64,000 nt of DNA from the NCBI GenBank assembly GCA_043228905.1, contig JBHGNT010000009.1:14942001-15006000 (forward strand). Direction: 5' to 3'. The DNA is from Azolla caroliniana. Taxonomy: Eukaryota; Plantae; Polypodiophyta. The notes beneath the pieces are model-generated. The model did no database searches, had not been told where the DNA came from, and saw nothing but the letters and a program-made list of their open reading frames with translations. This document shows positions 38,289-51,300 of this stretch, piece by piece. Each line of letters starts with the position of its first letter. The stretch's first letter is position 1. Made by a program: the position numbers and the translations under genes.

Positions 38289-41021
38289 TTGGCGATGTCG
38301 ATCTTCATCTCTACCGCCTTACGCCGATGGCTCGTGGAGAAACGCCTGGATGGGTACATCCGGGTCGCAGAGGCACCTCCACACCCAGATGCCATGGACA
38401 TCGCCAGAAAGCTTAATATCGACACGGTCACCAACTCTTCCATCCGGAAAAAGTTGGACCTGTCATCGCTAGGCGAGAGGCATTTCGACATCCCTCCTGC
38501 AGAGGCACTGCAGAGATATTTCGGTCCATATTCCTCCTCCGCCAAGGCCTATAGAACGAAGCAGATCCCGGATCCCTTCTTCCGTGAAGTCGTCAAGTTC
38601 CTATTAGAGGTCGGATGCGTACACGTCAACGCATATGGGATGCCCAAGCAAAAGGCAGGTATCAATATTGATACCTTTGAAGGGCATGCGGTCAATTGGG
38701 GGGTCATCACAGGGTCGGCGTTAAGGGAAGGCCTGCATGCGTATCAGGGAGGCAAGAAGCTCAGGCCGATCATACAACAGTACCTTACGGTGCTATTCCC
38801 ACCCCGAGGCCTGCCGGCACTGAAGCCCAGCAGACCCACGCCTCCGCCCCAATCCGCGAAGCGCAGGTTAGCGGAGTTAGCTGCCCCAGAGTGGGAAGAG
38901 GAACCCCAACCCGCCCAGCCAGACACACGGACAACACAGGAAGAACAGCCGGCGCGCTCCGCGGAAGCAGCCCCAGAGCCAGACGCCGAAACACGGTAGG
39001 ATAGCCCCAAACCGAAACGGCGGAGGTTGGACCGGAAAGATGGGCGGGGATTAGTCAAAGACGTCCCCACGGCGGCAGAGACAATGACCGAAGGCGATGG
39101 CTCCGCAGCTACGGAGCCCAATACCACCTTTGAAATCATCCGGGAGCCACGGTCGATCATTACGACCCAGTCACAACGAGGGAAAGCCGTATTGACAGCG
39201 GAAAGTGAGGTTTTGGCATATCCAGATATCCCGGACACGGCCCATGAGTTCAACGCCCTCTTGCAGTTCGAAAACTCTTTTGAGCTCATGGAATTCCTGG
39301 CAACGCAACAGATAAAGGCCTCACAACGAATGGTAGAGGAGCACACGGAGCGCTAGATGATCGAGCGCGCCCTAACACAAACGACGGAGAGCGACAATGC
39401 GGACCAGCTAGCCAGGGTCGGTAGACAGAGGAACGCCGGTGTACGTCGAGTGGGGATGGAGCTACCCCCATTAAACACGGCCCTAGTCAAAGTCCATAGG
39501 GAACTAGCAAAGGTCAGCACGAGCACCAAGGAGATGGCCATTAAAAATAAGAATGTCTAGAAGAAGGTGAAACTGACCCAAGCCAAGCTACAAAAAGCCA
39601 ACGAACGCATCGCGGAGTTGGAAACTAACGCGACTATGGCGCAACAGGCAACTCCGCCACCAACCCACACCATCGACGCTTTGAAGGAAGAAATTGAGGC
39701 TCAGACCACCATCGCCTCAAAAGCGAAAAGGGTCGTACAACTAGCGGAATCAAAAATTGACCACCTTCGCGCTGAACTTCACCAATCCTCAGACAAGGAA
39801 AAGGATATCTGGGCTAACGACCGGAAGGCAGTAAAAACCCTTGAAGAGAAACTCGTTGCGGAGGCAGCTCAGCACACCCGGACAAAAGAAGAAAACGCCC
39901 AATTACAGGAGGAAGCGAAGAAGTCGGAGGCGGCAATCGTGGGACTCCGGGCCTTATTGGAGAAAAAGAAGGTATGGTTCGACAAGCAGCTGGTGGGCTA
40001 ACAGGAAAGAAGGCATCAACTCGAAATCCGCCTAAACAATGAAATGGGGAAACTAGAAGAACTCCATGCGAAGGAAGCCTAGTTGTGGGCGGGCATGAAG
40101 AGCACGTACGAAGAAGCGGCGGCAGTTAGCCAGCAAGAAATTGCAAACCTCAAGAAGGCGGTAGAAGAAGCAGGCAACCGCTGCCAGGCCATCACAGACA
40201 ACGTGCATATCCTTCTCCAAACGAATCGGGAGAGGTTCACAGCGCAATTGAAAACGGCGCTAGACAAAGGACGGATGGCGTGGGCAGCCCAAGCGGCGGA
40301 ATTGCACGCGTATCATGCGGACTGGGAGAACAAGCAAAAAGACGTCTGAGGCTTCTATAAACTCAATGAGGAGAGCATTGCGGCAGTACGCGAGGACCTA
40401 GCGCAGGACTATCGCGTGCTAGCAGACCAGCATTCCGAAGAACTCGCGCAGCTATTAGACGATTTTGGGGAAAGCCAAGAGGACCTGTTTCACCATATCA
40501 CACAAACCGGCAGCACGCGAACAAATGAGGAATCCGTCGCGCCACCAATTCTAGACACTACCGAAGAAGAGAAACCTCAGGCCAGGTCACCAGACATTAC
40601 AACTACGGTGAACAGCGCAGCGGGGTCCCCCACATTACCAGACAGCGACACCACGGCCCAAGAGGAACCCCATCTACCGGAGCATACGCTAGCGGCCGAC
40701 CACACGGAGAACGTTGCGGACCAAGCGGAACCACAACCCCACTCCCCAGAGCGTACAACAACGGCCGACACCACGGAGCAAGTGACGGAGGAGATAGCGC
40801 CGCGACCGACCGCAAGCCTGCCGACGGCTGAGCTCAACCCCATAGCCCAAGAAGAGCCCACAGAACCCGGACCGCCCACACAGGACGATCGTGACACCAG
40901 GAGAAGCCCTCCCGACCACACAGGGGAACCACACCACGATGCACCTACAGGCTCTACGTCGTCCACAAACGCGGACACCGTAGCAGAGCCAAACATCTGG
41001 GACATTTTGGAAGAAGATTAA
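38289..41021 (+). pseudogene. Gypsy extra ORF (~910 codons, one frame, several stops): globular N-terminus, coiled coil, P/T/E-rich tail
   Basis: ORF pieces starting at 38289, 39027, 39357, 39567, 40083 and 40416 share one frame and are separated only by stop codons. Confidence 0.8.
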
Positions 41022-43304
41022 TGGGATGGGTCCGATGTGCCATGGCACTGTCCCACAGGCGTGCCAGGTGTTGTCTGCTGGAATAGTAACCAACGGACAA
41101 GAGTGCAGGAATAGGAAATAGTATAAGATTGTAACGCATGTAACGGTTCACGCGGGAAGCGTGAACGGCTAAAAGACCCTACGTATATAAAGGGCAAAAA
41201 ACCTCTAATAGAGGTAGCCTGTAATTTTGGAATGTAAAGAAGCGTATCGTAATAGAATTCTATCTTCTCTGATATCTATGTATAGCTACGGCTAATCTAC
41301 TATGTGTTTGGAATACCTGAGAGTGTAGAAGTAAGAAATGTGAGCATGTAGCCACTATTAAGGAGTTCGGTTGTAGCCGTCTCCCTTATACGCTGCTAGG
41401 TTACGGGGAACATCCCCCTACGTGTTACGCACAGACGTCACCGTTCGTTGTCTCACGGTCACTTGGAGGTCTAGGTCAAAGGACTGACCGCAGACCGTGT
41501 TCCTAATCGGCAACAATGATGTAACTGATGATGATGATGATGAGCAAAATAATGATCATTGTATTCCAAGTGACGAGATTGATGACATTCTAGCAGTTCC
41601 ACCACAAGAGGAAGAGATTAGATGGTCTATGAGACAAAGACAACCTTCTATTAGATATAGTCCACATGAATATGTGATGCTCACAAATGGGGGAGGGCCA
41701 AAAAGATTTAGAGAAGTTATGGCACATGATCAAAAGAGAAATGGTTTGAGGCCATGACAGATGACATGAAGTCCTTGCAAGATAATCACATTTATGACTT
41801 AGCAAAAGTTTCCTAGCAAGATAGCGTTGAAGAACAAATGGGTTTACAAGCTAAAGACCGAGGAACATTGCTCACAACCAAGATACAAGGTAAGATTGGT
41901 TGTGAAGGGATTCAATCAAAAAAAGGGTGTTGATTTTGAGGAGATGTTTTCACCCGTGGTGAAGATGTCCTCAAATAGAGTTGTACTTGGGATTGCAAGT
42001 AGTCTCAATTTAGAAATTGAACAAGTTGATGTAAAAATCACCTTCTTTCATGGTGATTTGGAAGAAGAAATTGACATGGAATAACCTAAGGGGTTTGAAA
42101 CCAAAGGAAAAGAAAACAAGATCCTAGACTTTGGTACAAAAAATTTGACTCGTTCATGTTAGACCACAGGTATAACAAGACTAACTCAGATCATTGTGTT
42201 CTTTAAGAAATTCTCCAATGGTGATCTCATCATTCTACTCTTGTATGTAGATGATATGTTGATCGTTGGTCAAGATACCAACCAGATTGAGAAATTGAAG
42301 AGAGAACTTAGCAAGTCTTTTGCTATGAAGGACTTGGGAAAAGCTAAGCAAATCCTTGGGATGAAGATAACCAGGATAGAGCAAGTAAAAAACTTTGGTT
42401 GTCTTAAGAAAAATATATTGAGATTTAACATGGCTAAGTGTAAGGCAATCAACACTCCACTCGCAAGCCACTTTAAAGTCACTCCGAATAGTGCCCTACA
42501 AGTGAGGAAGAACATGAAGAAATGAAACAAATATCACATGCTTTTGCAGTTGGTAGTTTGATGTATGTTATGGTTTGCATGAGGCTTGAGATTGCTCATG
42601 CAATTGGTGTTGTAAGTCATTTTCTCTCAAATACTAGCAAAGATCATTATCTTAGAGGCACTTTGAGAGTTTGTCTAAATTTCATTCATAACCAAACTAT
42701 GTTAGATGGGTATACAGATGCAGACATGGCTAGTGACATTGACTCTAGAAAATCCACATTAGGGTATTTAATGATCTTTGTAGGGGGAATTGTCTCTTGG
42801 CAATTGAGACTTCAAAAATGTGGGGCATTATGCACAACAAAGGTTGAGTATATTTTTGCCACAGAAGCTTGTGAAGAGATGTTATGGTTGAAGAGATTCC
42901 TACATGAGTTGGGGTTGGTGTGAGAAAGGTATAAGCTTCATTGTGATAGTCAAAATGCTATACATTTATGCAAGAACTCTTCCTTTCATTTTTAAGTCTG
43001 AACATATTGATGTTAGATACCATTGGATTTAAGATGCGTTTGAAGAAAATCAAATGCACATTGAGAAGGTTCATACCAATGAGAATGGCTTCGACATGAT
43101 GGCAAAGTGTTTGCAAAGAGAGAAGCTTGAAGCTTGCAAACAAAAAGCACGTTTGATTGTGCCCCCTACTTGAGATAGAGGGGTAGAATTGTGGGGGGGG
43201 TGGGGGGGTTTCCACTCAAGTGGAACCAACAATTAAAAGGCAATAAGTAAAAAGGTTGCGGCTATTTGTGGAATTGTTGCACTACCTTTTACTTATTGTT
43301 CATA

Positions 43305-43690
43305 TGCGGTTTAATAGGTTCAGTTCAGGTTCAGGTTTTTTTAACAGTTCGGTTCGGTTTCAAACATTAGAAACCACGGTTTAAATGGTTTAATGGTTTT
43401 TTTTTAATTGGTTTTAAACAATCTTTTCATTGTTAGACCTTATTTTCACATTTTAGAAACATCTTTAAATTTTAAAAAATTTAAAATAATGAAATGTTTA
43501 AAATTTTAAATTTTAAATTTTGACACAAGTTGAAAACCAAAACCGAACCACGAACTGTAGTTTTAATGGTTTGAAACTTTTTTACCAATTCGGTTTAACG
43601 ATTTCTTGGTTTGATTCGGTTTGGTTCAAGTTTCAAAATTTTTAAACAGTTCGGTTTTGACCCTCTCGAATAGAACCGAACTGTTGCTGA
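43305..43690. repeat. MITE-like AT-rich repeat with clustered GGTTC/AACCG motifs; related patches at ~46075-46320 and ~46530-46630
   Basis: Dense TCGGTT/AACCGA motifs typical of plant non-autonomous DNA transposons; no TIR or TSD resolved. Confidence 0.5.
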
Positions 43691-45323
43691 TTGTTATATG
43701 CCATTACGGAGGGGTAGAGTAAGCAAACAGAAGAAACAAAAACCCTTTTTTCTTTTTCGCTGAGAAAAATCAAAAAATTTGACAGAGTGAAAACAACATG
43801 AATAAAAAATTTGATAGAGGGAAAAATAGAGAGGGAGAGAGAGAGATCAAAAAGGGCACACGGGATAGAAGTGAAGGAAGCTTGAGACACTACTGATTTC
43901 AACGAGCACCATAGCCCACTTCTATTATATGTGCAAGAGTTCTTTTCTCCATCAATTTCACGCACTACTCACATATAAGCAAATCTTCCTGCCTTCCTCT
44001 TAGAGCTACATCATGGTAGAAGCAAGACAGCAAGAAAAAGGTATTGACAGTGGTCTGTTTTGATGTAATTGGAAGACCTGCCCCAAACATCCACCAATGC
44101 CGATATCCTTTGCTTCTAGATGTATGGTGAAATTGTTTTCAGTTGAAACCAAGTTTGTTGTAAAGTGAAAAAAAATTGTATCTTCACATTTTCAATCATT
44201 TTGTAAGACTAGCATGCCCTAAATGCAATAGGGTTTTCTTTGTAATTTCATTCCCATATATAATGTACAGAAATTAAGGGAAAATGAAACAATTTCATTT
44301 CGTTGTGTGCGTTTGTCAATTAGTTTTTTGACAGCCTTTTTCCCAAACACTTGGAACCATGTACCATATAGAATCATTCTTGCACAGATGTTACAGATGT
44401 CATGTTGCAACAAGCAGACAATAGATTTCTTTGCACATCGTATGTGCTTTGATTATTGAAATTCAATTATCAATTGTCAAAGATCAACGATAGACCATTC
44501 TGTCCCCCAACCCACCTTTCTAAACAGTTGCATGCCCCAACCTTTTCAAAAAAAAAATTGAAGGCATAATTTCAAGGTCTCGTCACTTCGGTGAATCACT
44601 TGAGCCCCGAGACATTTCGTAACAGAAACATAATAATCATAAAGATTACATTCTTTTAGAACACTTACACAACATGATAACTGTATACATTAAAAAACCT
44701 ACACAAGTGTTGACCCTTGTATAATTGTAATGATATGGCTAAAGCCAAAGCCACTTGATTTTGGCCAGAAAACTTATTCAACATACTCACTGAAACGTCA
44801 TCATGGTCTATACATCCAAAATGTTAAAAACATTAATTGCCATTGTATAATTGTAATGATATGGTTCTGGGATTTAAGGCATTTCTGCAGCTGCAGATTC
44901 AAAAAACAATGTATTGCTAAGTATTCTTAATTATTTCTAGTATTTATATCATATATGCATCAATGAATATGAATCAAAAGTACAACCCCCACAAAACATA
45001 TAGCACAGAAACCACCATAAATAAAAGAAAAAGAGAAAGACCTCATTCCAGCAGTGTTCCTATGCAATATAAACGCATGCAGCATTGATAATAAAACCAA
45101 ATGAACCAACATAGACTGTCAGAGTAGATACAGATGCTACCGAGCCTCTATTCTGGTTCAATATGCCATCATACTGAGTGATATACACCTCTTATTAAAT
45201 CTTTTTTCATCAGCAAATCTTGCTTCTCTCTTCCAAACCCACATGAAAAAGCATACACCCGAAACTTCAAAATCTTAGAACTAAACTTTCTTTTATCGCC
45301 TGTCCCTTCATAAAAGCAAAAAG

Positions 45324-48300
45324 CTAACCATCATTCCAATTTCGCATTGGGCGAGCCCTCATCCCTGATGATGAAGAAGATCCAACTTGGTTTTTGCTTG
45401 TCTCCAAAAAGTAACCAATTGTTTCATAAAACTGCTCTAATGCTGATGTTGGAAGAATGATTGCCGAACGATCGGCACCAGTGACCTACATTTCCCAACA
45501 AAACAAGTACCAGAAGTGTTAAAAAAACTATTTTATGAAAAAGGTTCAAATTTTAGGAATTGTTTATTTAGCAAATACCTAAATATTTGAAGGTTTCTGC
45601 TATAGAAGATCTAAACAACTCTGAATCTGAAAGTTCTTATTCAATTACATTGAAGTTTTCACTCATGAAGATTCTCATAAATTTTGAGGTGTATTTCAAA
45701 TTCTAAAGGTAGGTTCAAACAATATCAGTGCAAACATACTACTGATGTTAGTTCGCCTCTGTAAGGATGTTTGAAGACTTATGCAAGCGCTAAATTGTAA
45801 AATGCCCGAATATCCTTCTTGTTGTCCAATCAGGTTACAATTCTGGAAGACTTAGAAAATATTTATCACCAATTCTCAAGATAATCCTCATTGACATAAC
45901 AAGATAGATGGGCCTGAAATGATAACTAAATGACATGAATAATCAACTGAAAATAGGCTGGCCTTCTACAGCCATCATTTTCAAAACTTGGGTTGTGGAT
46001 TGAAAATGTATAAGGGCATTTTCTTTAGGAGAAAAGCCTTAACGAAGCGGTAAGTGTACATGATCTCAAATAGCAATCGGTACAGTTCGGTTTGAACCGA
46101 ACCGAACCACATCTACTATGATTTAACAGCTTAATGGCTCAAACGATTTGATTCGGTTCAATTGAAGTTTGAATATTTATTAACAGGTTCAATTTTGGTT
46201 CAGTTTAGTTTGGGGTTTCAACAGTTCAGTTTGATTTCAGCCTTTATCAGCTTAATGGTTTGCGGTTTAAATGATTTTATACCGCGGTTTAAATAGTATA
46301 AACAACTTACGGTTTAAGATTATGACACTTCCTTGAATATTAAATTTTAATAATTCTGGAACATTTTCAGGATTGTTTGTATGAATCAATATAGGATAAG
46401 GGGTGAAAACTCATAGAAGTGTTAGGGGTGAAAATTTGAGTGTGCAAATGCCGTGGCGTTGATAACTTGGTCTACACCAAAACCGAGCCACAGCTTAAAG
46501 ACTAAATTTGAGCTTGGAAATTCCTATGACAGTTCAATTTGAACAGTTTAGTGGTTCAGTTTAAGTTTCACATTTTTTTTGAATGGTTTTGAGTTTTAGA
46601 CTCCCAAACTGTTGCCAATTGCTAATCTCATACTAGAATGCTTTTTAGATTCTTTTCATCGGACTTCAACCCACCAATAATAGAAAGTGATTTAAGGTAA
46701 AAGTGTGTTAGTATACATTATATGAAGCTAAAAACATGAATTTTTATTAGGCAAATCTCTTTATAATTGAATTCAAAACAACGTTCTAAAGCATAAAATT
46801 TACCACTTCAGAATATGTTCACAGTTAATTATCAGTCATATTTATATGGAAGATAAAGCATATGTTTTCACATAAAGAATTTAGTCGTTTGGTACCTCCG
46901 ATATTCTCAGGTACTGACCCCGCGTATTAGATCCAAGATCAAAAAAGAATCTTTTCTGCTCTGCCCGAAGAATTTTCGAAAAAGTGCCACTTGTCTCATT
47001 GCCAGATGGCGGCAACACCGAGCCATCATCTGCACTTGCAGGGGGAGCAACCTGAGAATTGGCACCAGGCTTGATGGCATGTTGCACCACTGTGTGCTCA
47101 GTTGGCAAGGATAAATCCTGCTTCATTATAAGATGCCATTTGAGACACATAGTTGAATGTTCTAAATGACGATAAGAAAGCAAGGTAGTTGAGCAATCTA
47201 ATAGAAAATAAGAAAGCCGCTTGATATATCTAGCAGGATATTCAAATAGCTAATAAGAAAACAAGTTGGTTAATCATTTATAGTAAATCCATTTGCCATG
47301 TGTATTGAACATAACTCTAATTGGATCATTTTATTTTTCCTGGATCCTTTCTTCTAACACCATTTTCCTAGCAAAGAGTATAGACTTTAGAAAAATCAGT
47401 GGAAAGAAAATGAAACAGATTGGCCAAATTTTAGGATTTCATCTTTTAAGCTCAAACTTGACAAAGGCTTGAGATTTTTCTCAAACCAATTAAGACCAGG
47501 GAACAAATTTGCATAACACTTTCACAACAATAAGCATGAAAGAACCATTTTCGCAAGCAGAGAGAGTAGGTTTATGGGGCGAAGGCTATAATAGTGTTTG
47601 GAAACTAACCAAGTGACACATTTAAGACTTTGAGACTGAAACTCTTTGATCATGTAACAGAGAGAGTAGGTTTATGGGGCGAAGGCTATAATAGTGTTTG
47701 GAAACTAACCAAGCAACACATTTAAGACTTTGAGACTGAAACTGTTTGATCATGTAACAGGTATTATAAATAAAAGAATGAAATTTGAGAAATTTTGTTT
47801 GAAAGTGGAAAATGAATACTGGAGAACATTGCCAAACAAAGCATATCAGAAACAATCAGAAGAATTTATGGCCCAATAAATAGAAACAGAAATGTTGTGG
47901 ACCCAAAATACTTACTCCATATAGTATCCTCCAAAACATAATCAAACAGAAAACTATCCGCATTCCCCCATAATATACCAAATATCAACAGTCAAGCTTT
48001 CAAAGTAATACTTGATGAACCCACTCACAGATATGTTGTCAGTTGTTGGAAGTAGATGTTGGGCCTCATCAATCTCTATGAGGATGTCACGGAAGGCTGC
48101 CCAACCTTCTCCTTCAGCATTACCAGCAGGAACAATGATTGTACTACGATTGCGAGTTACTTCAGACACCTGCATACAAAGACACCTTATAGAAGTTTTT
48201 TATGTTGTATCATTCAATATAACAATTACTTCTTCTCTACGTTAGATAGGAATAATCACAGCCTTGGTCAACAACTCAAAAATATAGAAGGGAACAATAT

Positions 48301-51300
48301 GACACCACTTTACTTTCAGTTTGTCTAAACAAACTAATTTACAAATACTTAAAAGAAATTATTACGAAGCCAAATATCTGATTCTCAACTTCCTCTGTTC
48401 ACCATGGTCACAAGAACATGGATCAAAAAAGCTTTGCAAATGGTAAGCTGGAGATTTTTGTCTTCTGGAATGTATCATTGCCAATTTTACCCATTCACAA
48501 GTGTATCATATTTCATCGTAGGCGTTCACTTCCATTGTCAGTACTATCCCACCTGGATTCTCCTCAGTAACTTCACCCGGTTCTGTCCGATTGCTGCCTT
48601 TGTAAAGAAATCCACAAAATTGACCACCAATGCACAATATTCAGCGTAACCTTCTCATCTCACAATCAGCTCTGTACACTTGGGGTTATTGCATGCTATC
48701 CAGCCCAGCTCCCCATAATCAACCTTCTAATTTCTGCTAGGAGCTTCTCAGCCTCATTAATTCACATCCCTCATATATCGCCATCTTGTACTCTATGTAC
48801 ATTGAAGACAAGGAGAAATTCAGTTGCACTTTGTTGTCCAAGAAAACACCCCAGAACCTAGAGAAAAATAATATCCGGGAGTAGATCTAGGGCATCCAGA
48901 TCACTAGTCTAATCAGAATCATAACATTTAATCGACTTAGTCCATTGGCCAAACATGATATTGAATCCAACCGTAACCTTCAAATACCTTACACATGCAT
49001 CATGGCTTGCAATTTGATTTTCTCCGTCCATTGTTAGCTTTGCAAGCACTCCCACAAGACAGGCTAAGTATGTCTTGGGTTGCACAGAGACTCCCGGCCA
49101 GAGTCCGATATTTTAACTCTCTCCATCTTTCAGTTTACACTCTTCAGTAGTTTCAGCTTAAGATCTATAGGTATGAACAGAGACTTCCATTGCAGTCCTT
49201 TCCAAATGCCTCAAATGTTAAGCAGGCATACATGATCTGAGCTACAAATACTTTTTTGTTCCTTTGACGCATCTCTAATCCAAGATAAAAGCACAAAAGA
49301 ACCAGATCAGTTATCATGAATTCGGAAATATGCTTTCATCCAAATAAACCAACATACTGTTATGTGCTGCAACTTAGGACTAGATCCTCCACATACAACA
49401 CAATAATCATTGTTTGTTCAATTTATAACCTAAAGGATTGTATCCACTGGACACCTCCTAAATTGGCCATATGTGAGAAATCCATCAATCCACTCATCAC
49501 AGGCCATTGATGCTTGTTTTAGCTCATATATAAATCAACTACAGAATCTTTCCTTCTAAATCAGGCAATTCCCAAACTTGATGGTTACTCCATGAGTAGA
49601 TGCTCCTTGTGATATGCATTAAACAGCACTCACTTAGTATCCATTTCATATACTACAGATTTCCAAGTCTCGGACAATGTTAGGAATGCCACAATCATTC
49701 TAAACCTTGCAGTATATGCAAACATTTCTTCAAAAGCCACTCCCTTATTTTGCATAGACCCTTTACCACTGCTCCAGCTTTGAATTTGTTTATGGACCCA
49801 TAAACCTTGTACTTGAGTCTTCTAGACCCACTTCATCTTGATGACCTGGTGTGGTCTATCAACAAAGTTCGAAATACTCTCCATCTCAAACTTCTTAATT
49901 TACTTCTACCTTAGATCCTTCATTGCTACATTCACCGAACTTGGTTCCTCATTATCTTCATCTCATTCTCCCATTGTCCTTGCTCCCTTCTTGATCTTCA
50001 AGGACCTTCTTTCCACAGGATCATAGAATCTTTACTCTCAACTCACCAAATCCTCAGCATTACCTTCATCTATGCCTTCCATCTCATGTTCTTTTTTCAT
50101 CTTTTGCCAGTTTGTTACCATACTTTTCTAATGTCTCAAAACTTCCATTATCTGAGTTATGTAGACTTTTAGTAGGTTCTACATCTCGAGTGATTACATC
50201 CTTTCCGACCAGATTATGGAGTTTGTAGCCTTAAGACTCTAGATTATATCCAACAAAGATGTATCTCCTAATCTTGGTGTTCAAGTTAACTAAATATATT
50301 CAAATGTATCACAAAAGGTTTCTTACATAATGACAATGATGACATATTAGCATGCCTAAACATGAATAAGATGTTAGAGAATTGATCTGTACACACCAAT
50401 GAGAAACTCCAGATGCGGGTTTAGAAAAATAGGTGCAAACAACCTCAACACAATAGAAAACGGGAAATTCCAATCTTTTGGGCATACACATCGTCTCAAC
50501 AATGGTCTGATTTCATTGTTCAACTACCCTTTTACATTCTGGAGTATGTGAACTGCACACTCCATGAACTCCTTCGAGAAAAACTTTCCACCTCAATTCA
50601 TCCACAATATTTCAACTTCTGTCTCTGATTTCTTCTCCACCATCCAATGTGATGTTTTACATTTTCAAAAATCCTATCATTGTCCTTAAGGAATTAGAAC
50701 ACATCATCATACTATAATCATCTATAGTCAAAAGTAGGATGATCCACTTTCAGTCATCACCATCTTTAAGTATTTTAACCCTCCAGCTTAAAAAGAGTTT
50801 CGATATTGCTTGCCCATAAGGAAATCCTCGCCCTTCCTGAGCACATCAGCCAGTCCAAGAAAGTCATGCACAAGCCATTTGCTTGCATCTCCTACATAAA
50901 TGAATTCCAATCCTACTTGTTTATCATGCAATCATTACATTTAGGTTTTCACAATGTTGGTGCTTTTCAGCAAATAAACAAACATTCCCCATGCAAAATC
51001 GTCGACAAAATAAATAAAATACAGACAAACCCCCATAGATTTAGAAAGCATGCTACAAATATCTCAATGCACAAGATCGAAAGACTTTTCCGGCGTAACA
51101 CACAAAAGTAATAGGATTTTCATTTGTTTTCCAAATGCTAGATACATATGTGACCTCATTCAATACAACTTCTTCGATATCACTAAGAGCCAGAAGCACA
51201 GAGCCTATTCCGTCAATAGTGCAAGCTTGATTTGTTGCCCAAATAGACATTACCATAATTTCCTACCCAGAAAGTGCCCAAACACTCGTTCGTAGGATTC

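Larger units (their letters stand above)
32114..41515 (+). mobile_element. Full-length non-chromoviral Ty3/gypsy (Athila/Tat-related) with 447-bp LTRs (32114-32560, 41069-41515), TSD ATGAT and a 3' extra ORF
   Basis: TGTTG...CAACA LTR pair with ~25 substitutions counted by eye; ATGAT at 32109-32113 and 41516-41520; gag with CCHC knuckles, PR (IDGG), RT (DGFSGYNQ, FLDD), RNase H (VDASD), INT (WGLDFVGP, ITDQG, NGLAE). Confidence 0.95.
30430..43300 (+). mobile_element. Old, 5'-truncated Tnt1-like Ty1/copia relic, split by the Gypsy at 32114-41515
   Basis: LWHKRLGHLS..CIDC, PQHNGVVERMNRT, RSKLD (31080-31902); NKWVYKLK, LLLYVDDML, GYTDAD (41827-42923); PPT-like GAGGGGTAGAAT then TGT near 43190. 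Confidence 0.85.

Noticed and set aside
43305-43690. Short interspersed repeats resembling a CRISPR array
   Set aside because: Irregular spacing, no constant repeat, eukaryotic context; MITE-like.
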